NCBI GenBank assembly: GCA_964415355.1
Contig: CAYPYS010000002.1
Location: 138,475 to 202,474, forward strand
Source: an uncultured Planctomycetia bacterium
Lineage (GTDB): Bacteria > Omnitrophota > Gorgyraeia > Gorgyraeales > Gorgyraeaceae
Reading direction: 5' to 3'
DNA: 64,000 nt
Made by a program: the position numbers and the translations under genes. The notes below the pieces were generated by a model. That model searched no databases, was not told the origin of the DNA, and worked only from the letters and a program-made list of their open reading frames with translations. The stretch's first letter is position 1. Each line of letters opens with the position of its first letter. Of the stretch, positions 37,749 to 47,608 are shown in pieces.

Positions 37749-39191
37749 TCATGGCATAGTTGGTTTTTTCTTGTGCCAGTCTGTTGCTTGTTCGTAATTA
37801 TACGCTATTCTTAAAATCGCCTCTTCGTCAAAGGCCTTGCCCAATACCTGAAGCCCTATCGGCAGGTTCGATTTTGTAAAACCACAGGGAACGGAAATCC
37901 CAGGTATGCCTGCCAGATTCGCTGAAATAGTAAAGATATCCGAAAGATACATCGTAAGAGGATCGTCTGTCTTCTCGCCCACCTTAAATGCCGGAGTCGG
38001 AGAAGTGGGCGTGACGATAGCGTCGTACTTAGAAAACGCGTCTTCAAAATCCTTTTTTATCAATGTCCTCGCTTTTAATGCCTGGAGATAATACGCATCG
38101 TAATACCCGCTGGACAGGGCGAATGTCCCAAGCAATATCCTCCGTTTTGCTTCCTCGCCAAAGCCCTCTCGCCGCGTCTTCCTGTGCATCTCTATGACAG
38201 ATTTTGTAGCGCTCGCCCTTAACCCGTATTGTACGCCGTCAAATCTTGCAAGGTTCGAGCTGGCTTCTGCAGTCGCGATCAAATAATAGACGCTCACTGC
38301 GTACTCTGTGTGCGGCAAGGTCATGTCTTCGCAATGCGCTCCCATCTCTTGTAGCTTTTTTATTGCTACTGACACGGTCTCCTTTACTTCTTTATCAACG
38401 CCCTTTATAAAGTATTCTTTTGGGATGCCTATTTTTAGGCCTTTTATGTCTTTTTTTATCAATAAGGGAAAATCAGGAACAGGAGTATTTACAGATGTTG
38501 AATCCATTGGATCATGGCCTGATATAGCCTTTAATAAGAGTGCTGCGTCTTCCACATCCTTGGTAAGCGTGCCTATCTGGTCCAATGACGAGGCAAATGC
38601 TATGAGGCCATATCTGGAAACTCTTCCGTAGGTCGGTTTTAAGCCCACTACTCCGCAGAGTGAGGCTGGTTGCCTGATAGAGCCGCCTGTGTCTGACCCC
38701 AGCGCGAATACAGCTTCATCCGCGGCAACGCACGCTGCAGAGCCGCCGCTAGACCCGCCAGGGATCCTCTCTAGATCCCATGGATTTTTTGTCGCGCCGT
38801 AACAGGATGTCTCAGTGGAAGAGCCGAATGCAAACTCATCCATGTTAGTCTTGCCCATCAATAGGGCGTTTTCGTCCAGTAGCTTTTCTATTACAGTAGC
38901 GTTATAAGGCGGCAAAAAGCCTTTTAATATATCAGAGGAACATGTGGTGAGTTCATCTTTTACGCAGATATTATCTTTTATAAAAATCGGCAACCCCTGA
39001 AGCCCGCCTTTCTTTGGAGACTTGCTTCTCTCGAGGACCTTTTTCTTGTCAAAGTTCACTATAGCGTTCAGGGATTTATTTTTCTTTTCCACGGCCTCTA
39101 TAATACTCTGGCATATATCTATATGCGATATATCTCCATTATTGATAAGGCCTGTCAGTTCGTGCGCAGTAAGTTCGTTTAATTTTTTCAT
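37749..39191 (-). CDS. gatA: Asp/Glu-tRNA amidotransferase subunit A
   Basis: [35 protein letters not shown]. Confidence 0.97.
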   Translation of the reverse strand: MKKLNELTAHELTGLINNGDISHIDICQSIIEAVEKKNKSLNAIVNFDKKKVLERSKSPKKGGLQGLPIFIKDNICVKDELTTCSSDILKGFLPPYNATVIEKLLDENALLMGKTNMDEFAFGSSTETSCYGATKNPWDLERIPGGSSGGSAACVAADEAVFALGSDTGGSIRQPASLCGVVGLKPTYGRVSRYGLIAFASSLDQIGTLTKDVEDAALLLKAISGHDPMDSTSVNTPVPDFPLLIKKDIKGLKIGIPKEYFIKGVDKEVKETVSVAIKKLQEMGAHCEDMTLPHTEYAVSVYYLIATAEASSNLARFDGVQYGLRASATKSVIEMHRKTRREGFGEEAKRRILLGTFALSSGYYDAYYLQALKARTLIKKDFEDAFSKYDAIVTPTSPTPAFKVGEKTDDPLTMYLSDIFTISANLAGIPGISVPCGFTKSNLPIGLQVLGKAFDEEAILRIAYNYEQATDWHKKKPTMP

Positions 39192-39478
39192 GTCTCTATG
39201 ATCTTCTGGACCTTGAACAGGTCATCTTTTTTAGCAGGCGCGTTCTTCATTGCTTCGGAAGAGGGCAAGGATTTTTTAACAGCATCCTCCCTGTAGACAT
39301 TCCTTATCTCCAGGACATGGCTCGTGGGCTCAAGCTTCGAGGTGTCCAGCTTTTTCAGCTTATGGACATACTCTAAGATCCGGTCTAGCTGCTTAGTAAA
39401 ACAGCTTAACTCTTTATCATCCAGCCCTACCCTGGCCAGATTCGCCACATATTTGACAGTCTCTGTATTTATCGCCAT
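39188..39478 (-). CDS. gatC: Asp/Glu-tRNA amidotransferase subunit C
   Basis: VANLAR, PTSH, RED, NAP..FKV; ATG 39478. Confidence 0.93.
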   Translation of the reverse strand: MAINTETVKYVANLARVGLDDKELSCFTKQLDRILEYVHKLKKLDTSKLEPTSHVLEIRNVYREDAVKKSLPSSEAMKNAPAKKDDLFKVQKIIET

Positions 39479-39486
39479 AATCTTGT

Positions 39487-39523
39487 TAACTTTACATTTC
39501 AACAACGTTAAAATGTAAAGTTA
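39487..39523. repeat. 37-bp palindrome copy
   Basis: taactttacatttcaac-aac-gttaaaatgtaaagtta. Confidence 0.95.
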
Positions 39524-39532
39524 GGTTTTTTC

Positions 39533-40351
39533 TCAGCCAGCCAATGACGCAAACTGTTCCAATGATACTGTTTCAGGTCTCTGGGCCGGATCTACGCCAG
39601 CTAGCCGCAACCTTTTCAACATCTCTTCTTTTGACGCAAACGCCAGACTAGGATAAAGAGAACTGGATATCATCTTCCTGCGCTTGCCGAAACATATCCT
39701 TATTATTTTAAACAGTTTTTCCTCATCAGTCAAGTAAAGAGGTTTTTTGCGGATAGATATCTTTAAAAAATACGAATCGACTTTAGGCTGCGGGTAGAAC
39801 GATCCCTTCTTTACTGTAAACAATGCGGTTGGCTCTGAGTAAAACTGCGTAAAGCAAGAGATAGAGCCATATATCTTGCTGCCGGGCCTGGCGACAAGCC
39901 TTTCTCCGAACTCCTTCTGCACGGTTATAAAAATCGAATCGACAAAATTTCTGTTGTTTAATAGATGGATCAGGATGGGGCTCGATATGTAATAAGGAAG
40001 ATTTCCGACGATTTTTAACCGCTGCGGGCCAGTGTCGCGAAAATCATATCTTAATATGTCGCCGCGGATAAGATCTAAATTAGTCGATGCAGTCAGCTCA
40101 GAAACAAGAAACTCGTGCAGCCGCTTGTCCTTCTCGATCGCTATCACTTTATCGCTGCACTCGCACAGCTCTCCCGTAAGAGCAGCTAAACCCGGGCCTA
40201 TCTCGAGCACAACATCTTTCTTACCCGGCGCTATAGCCCTGACTATTTTTTCTTGCACATTCTTGTCTATAAGAAAATTTTGGCCTAGTTTTTTATTTGG
40301 CTTGATATTGTACCTGCGAAGGGTAGGTTTGATTTCTTTTATAGTCAGCAT
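39533..40351 (-). CDS. rsmA: 16S rRNA dimethyladenosine transferase
   Basis: LGQNFL, EIGPG, NLPYYISS, FYPQPKVDS. Confidence 0.96.
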   Translation of the reverse strand: MLTIKEIKPTLRRYNIKPNKKLGQNFLIDKNVQEKIVRAIAPGKKDVVLEIGPGLAALTGELCECSDKVIAIEKDKRLHEFLVSELTASTNLDLIRGDILRYDFRDTGPQRLKIVGNLPYYISSPILIHLLNNRNFVDSIFITVQKEFGERLVARPGSKIYGSISCFTQFYSEPTALFTVKKGSFYPQPKVDSYFLKISIRKKPLYLTDEEKLFKIIRICFGKRRKMISSSLYPSLAFASKEEMLKRLRLAGVDPAQRPETVSLEQFASLAG

Positions 40352-41184
40352 CTAGAATTTTTGCACATACTAACCGCCAGTTTTATCGCTTGCTTCATAG
40401 ATCCCGGATTTGCTTTGTTCTTGCCTGCGATATCATATGCAGTGCCATGGTCAGGCGAGGTGCGCACAAAAGGAAGTCCAAGAGTTATATTTACCCCGTT
40501 TTCAAAAGCTATCATTTTAAAAGGTCCCAGTCCCTGATCATGATACATTGCTATTACCGCATCCAGCTTTTTATTAAACGCCATATAAAATGCAACGTCC
40601 GCAGGTAAAGGCCCCTGCAGCCTAGCGATTTTGGTTTTTGATTTTTTAATGGCCGGGATTATGACTTTTTTTTCCTCTTGCCCTATTAACCCATGTTCTC
40701 CGCTGTGCGGATTTAGCCCGCATATGCCGATCCTGGGTCTGGATAGATTGAAATATTTTTTCAAAGCAGCATGAGTCAAGGCTGCAGAATCTTCTATTCT
40801 TTTTCTAGTAAGGATTTTTGGCACTTCTTTTAGGGGAACGTGTCGAGTAACGAGCGTGACCTTTAAAAGAGGTGAATAAAACATCATCGCTATTTTTTTT
40901 ACGCGGGCGGCGCGGGCGAAAAACTCAGTATGTCCTTCGAAACGCACGCCTGTTTTATTGATAGCGGCTTTACTCACGGGTGCAGTAACTAAGCCGCAGG
41001 CGCGGCCTTTCTTTAAAATAGAAACAGCTCTTTCTATGGCTTCGAACCCAGTGTTATCGTGTGTGTTTATTACGGAAAATTCAGCGAGGGAGTTAACGCG
41101 AGGATCTTTAAGCGCTTTTTTTGTAATTTCAGGACCTATGCCTCTCGGGTCTCCTGTTGTAATCAAGATATGAGGTCTTTTCAT
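40345..41184 (-). CDS. pdxA: 4-hydroxythreonine-4-phosphate dehydrogenase
   Basis: GDPRGIGPE, GHTE, LNPH, MYHDQG, RTSPDHGTA; ATG 41184. Confidence 0.95.
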   Translation of the reverse strand: MKRPHILITTGDPRGIGPEITKKALKDPRVNSLAEFSVINTHDNTGFEAIERAVSILKKGRACGLVTAPVSKAAINKTGVRFEGHTEFFARAARVKKIAMMFYSPLLKVTLVTRHVPLKEVPKILTRKRIEDSAALTHAALKKYFNLSRPRIGICGLNPHSGEHGLIGQEEKKVIIPAIKKSKTKIARLQGPLPADVAFYMAFNKKLDAVIAMYHDQGLGPFKMIAFENGVNITLGLPFVRTSPDHGTAYDIAGKNKANPGSMKQAIKLAVSMCKNSRC

Positions 41185-41198
41185 ATAAAGCGCTTCCC

Positions 41199-41235
41199 TA
41201 ACTTTACATTTCAACAATGTTAAAGTGTAAAGTTA
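41199..41235. repeat. 37-bp palindrome copy
   Basis: taactttacatttcaac-aat-gttaaagtgtaaagtta. Confidence 0.95.
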
Positions 41236-41248
41236 GAAGCGGGCATAG

Positions 41249-42193
41249 TTATTTTATCGATATATATGCTTCAGCTCTAAGTTCACCCAGCCATTCGTTC
41301 AGCTTTTCTTTAAATTTCTTTTGAAAAAGCCTGGCCTTGATGTTTCCCTGGACATCTTCAAGTGGCAGATAACCGGAATGCGTGATATCTCCTATCTTCA
41401 GAATATGGTAACCGATATTGCTCTTAATGGGCTTTGAGAATTCGCCTGGCTTTAAGTTGAATATAACCTGATCGAGTTCCTTTAGCATCTCGCCTTTTCC
41501 AATGAACCCCATGTCTCCGCCCCTGTCTTTATTAGGGCCTTGCGAATAAAGCCTTGCTAGTCCTGCGAAATCCTTTCCCTTCCCCAGCTTCGCGTAGATA
41601 TTCTCTATTTCCACTTTCGCTAATTCGAAGTCCACCTCATTATCCGCCTTTAGCAAGATATGCCAGACCCTATATTTTTCTTCCAACTTGAAATCCTCCC
41701 TGCGTTGCTCATAATATTCACTTATCTCAGACGGTAAAACAGCGACCCATGATTTTACCTCGATGTCCAAGACCTTTTTCATCATTATCTGGTCTTTATA
41801 TCTGTTTTTTAAATCAGCTACTGTGATACCCTGGGTCTTGATAGTATTATTAAAAACCTCTTCCGAAGGGAAGCTGCTCTTGACCGACTCCAGCTTTTTA
41901 TCTATCTCGCCTTCCCTTACCTTTATTTTCAGCTTTTTCGCGCGGCTCAATATCAATCTGTCTTCTATCATCTGTATCAGTATATCTTTTTTTGCCTCTT
42001 CCATTTTATCCAGCAGTTCGCTCGCCTCGTATTCCTGCACGTATTGAGCGTATAAGACTGCCAATAATTGGTCCACGTCTTGCTGGGTTATCACTTCATT
42101 ATTTATAACAGCGACCACTTTGTTCACGACCTGACCGTATGCGAACACAGGCTGCATGAGCATCAATAATAAAATCATTATCTTTACGTACAT
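41249..42193 (-). CDS. SurA/PrsA-like parvulin peptidyl-prolyl isomerase
   Basis: Signal peptide, VVAVINNEVIT, HILL, GGDMG, GYHILK; surA-pdxA-rsmA gene order. Confidence 0.88.
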   Translation of the reverse strand: MYVKIMILLLMLMQPVFAYGQVVNKVVAVINNEVITQQDVDQLLAVLYAQYVQEYEASELLDKMEEAKKDILIQMIEDRLILSRAKKLKIKVREGEIDKKLESVKSSFPSEEVFNNTIKTQGITVADLKNRYKDQIMMKKVLDIEVKSWVAVLPSEISEYYEQRREDFKLEEKYRVWHILLKADNEVDFELAKVEIENIYAKLGKGKDFAGLARLYSQGPNKDRGGDMGFIGKGEMLKELDQVIFNLKPGEFSKPIKSNIGYHILKIGDITHSGYLPLEDVQGNIKARLFQKKFKEKLNEWLGELRAEAYISIK

Positions 42194-42209
42194 TACAATG
42201 CCCTTCTCG

Positions 42210-42246
42210 TAACTTTACACTTTAACGTTGTTGAAATGTAAAGTTA
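42210..42246. repeat. 37-bp palindrome copy; provides mfd stop
   Basis: taactttacactttaac-gtt-gttgaaatgtaaagtta. Confidence 0.95.
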
Positions 42247-44139
42247 GGTGGTTTTGTTTAGGCCAGCTACTATTTCGCGAAGCATCCTGCAGTACAGATC
42301 AAATCCTATTGCTGAGATATAACCGTGTTGCTGCGACCCGAGCAGGTTGCCCGCACCCCTTATTTCCAGATCCTCCATGGCTATCTTAAACCCCGAGCCA
42401 AGTTCTTTATAGCGCTGGATGGCCCTTAGCCTTCTCTCTGATTCAGTACTTATAACACTGCCCTTGGGTTTCAAGAAAAATGCGTAGGCCTTGCTCTTGA
42501 ATCTCCCTACCCTGCCTTTTAATTGATATAAATCCGCGAGGCCAAACCTGTCTGCCCGGTTAACTATCAATGTATTTGCGTTTGGTATATCTATACCTGA
42601 CTCTATTATAACGGTACACACGAGAACGTCAATACTTCCTTTTATAAATTCCCTCATCACGCCTTCTAACTCTTTAGGCCTCATCTGACCGTGCGCAACA
42701 GATATCTTGACCTCAGGCACTGACTCCTGCAGATGGGACGCTACCCTGTCTATGCCTTTGACCCTGTTATGGATAAAGAACACCTGACCGCTCCTTTTCT
42801 TCTCTCTGACTATGGCCTTGCGGATAAGTCCTTTGTCGTATTCGGTGACGCAGACATCCACCGGCAGTCTATCCTGCGGAGGCGTCTCGATAATAGACAT
42901 ATCTTTTACTCCCATAAGGGACATGTATAGAGTGCGCGGGATAGGGGTCGCTGTGAGCGTCAACACGTCTACCATCAGCCTCATTCTCTTTAGTCTTTCC
43001 TTGTCCTTTACGCCAAACCTCTGCTCCTCGTCTATAATCACAAGACCAAGGTCTTTAAATTTAATATTTTTTCTCAGGATAGCATGGGTCCCTATGACAA
43101 TGTCCACGTTACCGTTCTTGACCGCCTCTAGAGTTTCCAGTATCTGTCCCTGCGATCTAAAACGACAGATCAATTCTACCCTGACGGGAAAATCCTCCAT
43201 CCTGTCCTTAAAGGTTATGTAATGCTGCTCTGCCAATAGCGTCGTCGGGACGAGGATGGCGACCTGCTTATTGTCCATGACTGCTTTAAATGCTGCGCGT
43301 AACGCGACCTCTGTCTTTCCGTATCCGACGTCGCCGCACAACAGCCTGTCCATAGGCTTGCCGGACTCCATGTCTCTCTTTGTTTCCAGGCAAGAACGCG
43401 CCTGGTCAGGCGTTTCTTTGAAAGGGAATTTCTCTTCGAATTGGCACTGCCAGTCAGTGTCTTTTGAAAATGCGAACCCGCTCAGGCTCGAGCGCATCGC
43501 GTTTACTTCCAAAAGATCGAACGCCAGTGAATAGATACCTTTTTTAACCCTATTTTTTGCCTTGCTCCACGTCTTTGTCCCCAGCCTATAGATCTTCGGC
43601 GGTCTTTTTTCAAACCCAACATACTTCTGTATCAAATGCATTTCTTCTATCGGCACGTATAATTTGTCATCCTCTGCGTACTCGATAACTATATGATCCT
43701 TGTCTTCGCCTTTAAAGCTTATCTTTTCAAAGCCTCTAAAGATGCCTATTCCATGCTCGACATGCACGACGTAATCATCGATCTGTACATCAATAAAAGA
43801 CTCAAGCGGCGCCGCTTCCCCTATCTCGAGTTTCTTAAGCGCTTTTCTCTTTGGATACAGGTTGAGCTTCGGAAGGATTATGACCATGGCATGTTCTTCC
43901 AGGGTCTCGCTTGACGCTATGCTGTAGCTTCTTATTAACTCTACCTTCTTTCCTACCAGCTCTATTCTTACTGGCCCGTCAAACGTAGGGGGGAATATAT
44001 CTATTATGCCTCCGCGCATGCTAAAATCGCCCGGCTCTGATATTCCCTGGCACCTCTCATAGCCATAATCGACCAGCTTTTTGGCAAGGGCCTTATACTC
44101 TATGTCTTTACCTCGGTATATTTTTATAGACTCGAACAT
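42244..44139 (-). CDS. mfd: Transcription-repair coupling factor, short 631-aa form
   Basis: RGGIIDIFP, VVHVEHGIG (RID), CGDVGYGKTEVA, DEEQRFG, QLKGRVGR, DLEIRGAGNLLG. Confidence 0.92.
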   Translation of the reverse strand: MFESIKIYRGKDIEYKALAKKLVDYGYERCQGISEPGDFSMRGGIIDIFPPTFDGPVRIELVGKKVELIRSYSIASSETLEEHAMVIILPKLNLYPKRKALKKLEIGEAAPLESFIDVQIDDYVVHVEHGIGIFRGFEKISFKGEDKDHIVIEYAEDDKLYVPIEEMHLIQKYVGFEKRPPKIYRLGTKTWSKAKNRVKKGIYSLAFDLLEVNAMRSSLSGFAFSKDTDWQCQFEEKFPFKETPDQARSCLETKRDMESGKPMDRLLCGDVGYGKTEVALRAAFKAVMDNKQVAILVPTTLLAEQHYITFKDRMEDFPVRVELICRFRSQGQILETLEAVKNGNVDIVIGTHAILRKNIKFKDLGLVIIDEEQRFGVKDKERLKRMRLMVDVLTLTATPIPRTLYMSLMGVKDMSIIETPPQDRLPVDVCVTEYDKGLIRKAIVREKKRSGQVFFIHNRVKGIDRVASHLQESVPEVKISVAHGQMRPKELEGVMREFIKGSIDVLVCTVIIESGIDIPNANTLIVNRADRFGLADLYQLKGRVGRFKSKAYAFFLKPKGSVISTESERRLRAIQRYKELGSGFKIAMEDLEIRGAGNLLGSQQHGYISAIGFDLYCRMLREIVAGLNKTT

Positions 44140-44146
44140 ACTTTTC

Positions 44147-44183
44147 TAACTTTACATTTCAACAATGTTAAAGTGTAAAGTTA
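44147..44183. repeat. 37-bp palindrome copy; provides argS stop
   Basis: taactttacatttcaac-aat-gttaaagtgtaaagtta. Confidence 0.95.
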
Positions 44184-45851
44184 CATCTTTGTTGGGGCGG
44201 AAACTCCTAAAAGGGTTAGCCCGCTGCGAAACACCTGTTGCAGCGCTGATATAAGGGCGATTCTCGCCTTGGTCAATGATTTATCATCTGTCGCAACGCG
44301 ATAAGAATCGTAGTAAGAGTGGAAAAGGACCGCCAGGTCCTGGAGATAAGAAAGCAATACAAATGGTTCCAGATTATTTGCCGAAGATTCTATTGTCTTG
44401 GGATACTGCATTAATTTTTTTATTATGCCTATCTCCTCTTTTTTGTCCAAGAGGTCAAGGGCAGCGCTTCTGGCCGCGCCCCTTTTCCCCGCAAATTTAA
44501 TGATGCTTGAGATCCTGGCGTGTGCATACTGGATATAATAGACAGGATTATCCATTGTCCGGGCCTTTGCCAGCTCTAAATCAAAATCCAAATGACTATC
44601 CGTCCGCCGCATCATAAAAAAGAATCTGCCAGCGTCTTTTCCGACCTCATCGATTATCTGTCTCAGCGTTACAAATTCCCCTTCTCGTGTCGACATCCTG
44701 ACAGGCTGCTTGTTCCTATAAAGAGATACAAGCTGCGAAATAAGTATAGAGATCCTCTCTTTGTCATGCCCCAGCGCCTGGCAGGCGGCTTTTATACGAT
44801 TTACGTATCCGTGATGGTCGGGCCCCCATATGTTTATTATCCTGTGGTAGCCTTTTTCCAGCTTGATCTTATGATAGGCGATATCAGGGGCAAGATAAGT
44901 ATAGCTGCCGTCATTCTTCATCACTACCCTGTCCTTATCATCCCCGAACCTGGTAGACGCAAACCAGGTAGCCCCGTCTTTTTCGTATAAAAACTTTTTT
45001 TCTTTCAAAATAGCCAGCGCTTTTTTTATCAGGTCTTTTTTGGAAAGTCTTCTCTGGCTGAACCACACGTCAAAAATAACGCCGAAATCTTTTAGGTCTC
45101 TTTTTATCGTGCGCATCATGTGCTTGTACGCGTAGTCACTAAAAACTCCGACGCCCGTATCTTCTATGCGGTTTTTTATTTTAGGGAAGCTTTGTAGTAT
45201 TTTTCTCGCTATTTCATAGATGTAATCACCCTTATAGCCGTTTTCCGGAAATTCCGAGGACTTACCTGCCACCTCTTTTGATCTAGCCTTGACTGACTCA
45301 CCCAAAAGTTTTATCTGTACGCCTTCGTCATTTATATAATACTCGCGGATGACTTTATACCCGCAGGCCCCGAGGATCTTCGCCAGGCTATCTCCTACAG
45401 CTGCCTGTCTTCCGTGAGCAACTGTCAGCGGGCCAGTCGGATTGGCGCTTACAAATTCTATCTGTATCTTTTTCCCGCGCCCCATAGAAGTCTTTCCAAA
45501 TTTACGGGACTCGGTCAATATCTCCCTGAGAGACAAGATGAAAGCTTTATTTGACAGGTAGAAATTTATGAAGCCCGGCTTTTCAACTCTTATTTCTTCG
45601 ATCATGCCGCCTAATTCGCAGGAAGCAATATCTTTCTTCAGGTTTTCTACTAAGGCTGCGGCAATATCGTTCGGTGACCTCCTGACTTCTCCAGCCAGGC
45701 GCATGGCGATATTAGTCGAAAAATCTCCAAATTTCCTGTTCTTGGGAATCTCTAGATAAAGATTGGATACTGCATTGCTGGAGTAGTCCGGGAATGTATT
45801 TTTTATGGCGCGGAGTATTGCTTCAATGAGGGAGGGTTCTATCTTTAACAT
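44181..45851 (-). CDS. argS: Arginine--tRNA ligase
   Basis: EFVSANPTGPL, WGPDHHGY, MSTREG, YIQYAHAR. Confidence 0.97.
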   Translation of the reverse strand: MLKIEPSLIEAILRAIKNTFPDYSSNAVSNLYLEIPKNRKFGDFSTNIAMRLAGEVRRSPNDIAAALVENLKKDIASCELGGMIEEIRVEKPGFINFYLSNKAFILSLREILTESRKFGKTSMGRGKKIQIEFVSANPTGPLTVAHGRQAAVGDSLAKILGACGYKVIREYYINDEGVQIKLLGESVKARSKEVAGKSSEFPENGYKGDYIYEIARKILQSFPKIKNRIEDTGVGVFSDYAYKHMMRTIKRDLKDFGVIFDVWFSQRRLSKKDLIKKALAILKEKKFLYEKDGATWFASTRFGDDKDRVVMKNDGSYTYLAPDIAYHKIKLEKGYHRIINIWGPDHHGYVNRIKAACQALGHDKERISILISQLVSLYRNKQPVRMSTREGEFVTLRQIIDEVGKDAGRFFFMMRRTDSHLDFDLELAKARTMDNPVYYIQYAHARISSIIKFAGKRGAARSAALDLLDKKEEIGIIKKLMQYPKTIESSANNLEPFVLLSYLQDLAVLFHSYYDSYRVATDDKSLTKARIALISALQQVFRSGLTLLGVSAPTKM

Positions 45852-45875
45852 AAAAAAGGATACAAGCTAGCATCT

Positions 45876-47000
45876 CTATTTTTTTCCACGTTTTTTCTTA
45901 CCCAGAACCATTAGAAACACCTTAACGATCTCCGGGTCAAACTGCGTACCGGAGCCTTTCAGGAGTTCCTGTTTTGCCTTTTTCAGGGACAAGGCCTTTC
46001 TGTAGGGCCTGTCTGACACCATTGCTTCGTAGGCGTCCGCGATCGAAAGTATCCTTGCGCCCAAGGGTATTTTTTCTTTTTTTAGCTTTCCCGGATATCC
46101 GGTCCCGTCATATCTTTCGTGATGCCGTAGGATCAAAGGCGCCAGCTCTTTCAAAAAATCGATCTGCTCAACGATGCCTGAGCCTAAAACAGGGTGCATT
46201 AACATTACCTTCCACTCGTCAGCGTTCAGCCTCGACGTTTTTCTTAGAAGACCGACGTCTATCCCTATCTTACCTATGTCATGCAGGAGACTCGCATACT
46301 TAAGAACCTCTCTGTCGTGGCTGGAGATTTTCATGGCCTCGCCTACTTCCATGCAATTTTCCATGACATTTTCTGAATGGCCGTACGTGTAACTGTCCTT
46401 GGCGTCTATAATGTTTGATAGCGTCTTTATGGTATTAAGGTAGGCTATTTCAGCCTGCTCATATAATCTCGCGTTTTCGATGGCAATTGCCGCCTGGCTT
46501 CCAAACATCGACAAAAGCTTGACATCGTCTTCGGTATATTTACCGATCTTTTTGTTATAAACACTTATAACGCCCATTATCTTGTTCTTCAAGATCAAAG
46601 GCACTGTCAATAACGAGTGCAGCTTTTTCTGTCTTGCAATATTAGGGTACTTGTAAAGCTTTTCCTTGCGCAGGTCGTTGATGACGTAAGGCCTGGCTTC
46701 TTTGACCACCCTGCCTGCTATGCTCTCGCCGACCTTAAGCTGTCTTTTGACATTAAAATGGCTCGAGCTATCAAGCCCATAGGAAGCCTTTAGCAGTAAT
46801 GTTTCTCTTGTCTCATCCAGTAACCTGAGCGTACAAGAAGACGCATTTATGATCTTCGCAGCTTTTCGTGTGATAAGTTTTAGTGCTTGGTCTAAACGGA
46901 GAGTAGAGGTTATTAATTTACCGACTTCGTAGAGAGCAGAGAGTTCTTTTACTTTCTTCTGGAGGTTTTTTTCGAGCGTGTTTTTCTTTTTTTCTGACAT
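45876..47000 (-). CDS. GAF + HD-GYP domain phosphohydrolase
   Basis: GAF (GESIAG, AIAIENARL); LHDIGK, HHERYDGTGYP, RPYR. Confidence 0.92.
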   Translation of the reverse strand: MSEKKKNTLEKNLQKKVKELSALYEVGKLITSTLRLDQALKLITRKAAKIINASSCTLRLLDETRETLLLKASYGLDSSSHFNVKRQLKVGESIAGRVVKEARPYVINDLRKEKLYKYPNIARQKKLHSLLTVPLILKNKIMGVISVYNKKIGKYTEDDVKLLSMFGSQAAIAIENARLYEQAEIAYLNTIKTLSNIIDAKDSYTYGHSENVMENCMEVGEAMKISSHDREVLKYASLLHDIGKIGIDVGLLRKTSRLNADEWKVMLMHPVLGSGIVEQIDFLKELAPLILRHHERYDGTGYPGKLKKEKIPLGARILSIADAYEAMVSDRPYRKALSLKKAKQELLKGSGTQFDPEIVKVFLMVLGKKKRGKK

Positions 47001-47335
47001 AATCTAAGTTTCGGCGCATCGCCCCACAAGCCTTCTAAATTATAAAATTCCCTCAATCCACTCTTGAATATATGCGCAACTACGTTGTATGCATCGACAA
47101 GAATCCACTTGGCGTCCTGGTAGCCTTCTACGCTCGAAATGGATTCCCTGGCCTTGTGCAAGCCTTTTTGGATATTATCTGTGACTGACTGCGCTCTTCG
47201 CGCAGAACTCGCTGTAGCAATAATGAAGAAGTCCGTAATATTGGAAATCTTTCTCATGTCCAATATTACGATATCTTCCGCTTTCTTTGCCTTAGCGAGA
47301 TCCGCGACAAGTAGCGCCTTTTGTCTAGAGCTCAC
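46949..47335 (-). CDS. rsfS: Ribosome silencing factor
   Basis: KKAEDI, DFFIIAT, WILVD, REFYNLEGLW. Confidence 0.93.
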   Translation of the reverse strand: MSSRQKALLVADLAKAKKAEDIVILDMRKISNITDFFIIATASSARRAQSVTDNIQKGLHKARESISSVEGYQDAKWILVDAYNVVAHIFKSGLREFYNLEGLWGDAPKLRLCQKKRKTRSKKTSRRK

Positions 47336-47353
47336 GTATTATTCCGAAACCTC

Positions 47354-47500
47354 TTATTTTGATGCAAGGATGCAGAACATGTTTGTTCCGCAGGAAACGC
47401 AAACGCCTTTATTGGCTTTTCTCTTATTCTTCATCGTTACTTCCTTTGCGTTCTTCATTTCCTTCTTGGCCTTGCATTTTACGCAATAACCTTGTGCCAT
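47354..47500 (-). CDS. 48-aa zinc-ribbon protein (DUF5679-like), absent from the ORF track
   Basis: MAQGYCVKCKAKKEM...KGVCVSCGTNMF; strong AAGGAGG SD and its own promoter. Confidence 0.8.
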   Translation of the reverse strand: MAQGYCVKCKAKKEMKNAKEVTMKNKRKANKGVCVSCGTNMFCILASK

Positions 47501-47530
47501 ATCAGCACCTCCTTTTACGATTTTGAAACA

Positions 47531-47559
47531 AATTTAACACACTATCGCCAAATTGTCAA
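47531..47559 (-). promoter_or_regulatory. Putative sigma70 promoter TTGACA-17-TAAATT with extended TG
   Basis: Perfect -35 and 17-bp spacer. Confidence 0.65.
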
Positions 47560-47571
47560 ATTATTTCGCCC

Positions 47572-47608
47572 TAACTTTACATTTTAACGTTGTTGAAATG
47601 TAAAGTTA
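47572..47608. repeat. 37-bp palindrome copy; provides nadD stop
   Basis: taactttacattttaac-gtt-gttgaaatgtaaagtta. Confidence 0.95.
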
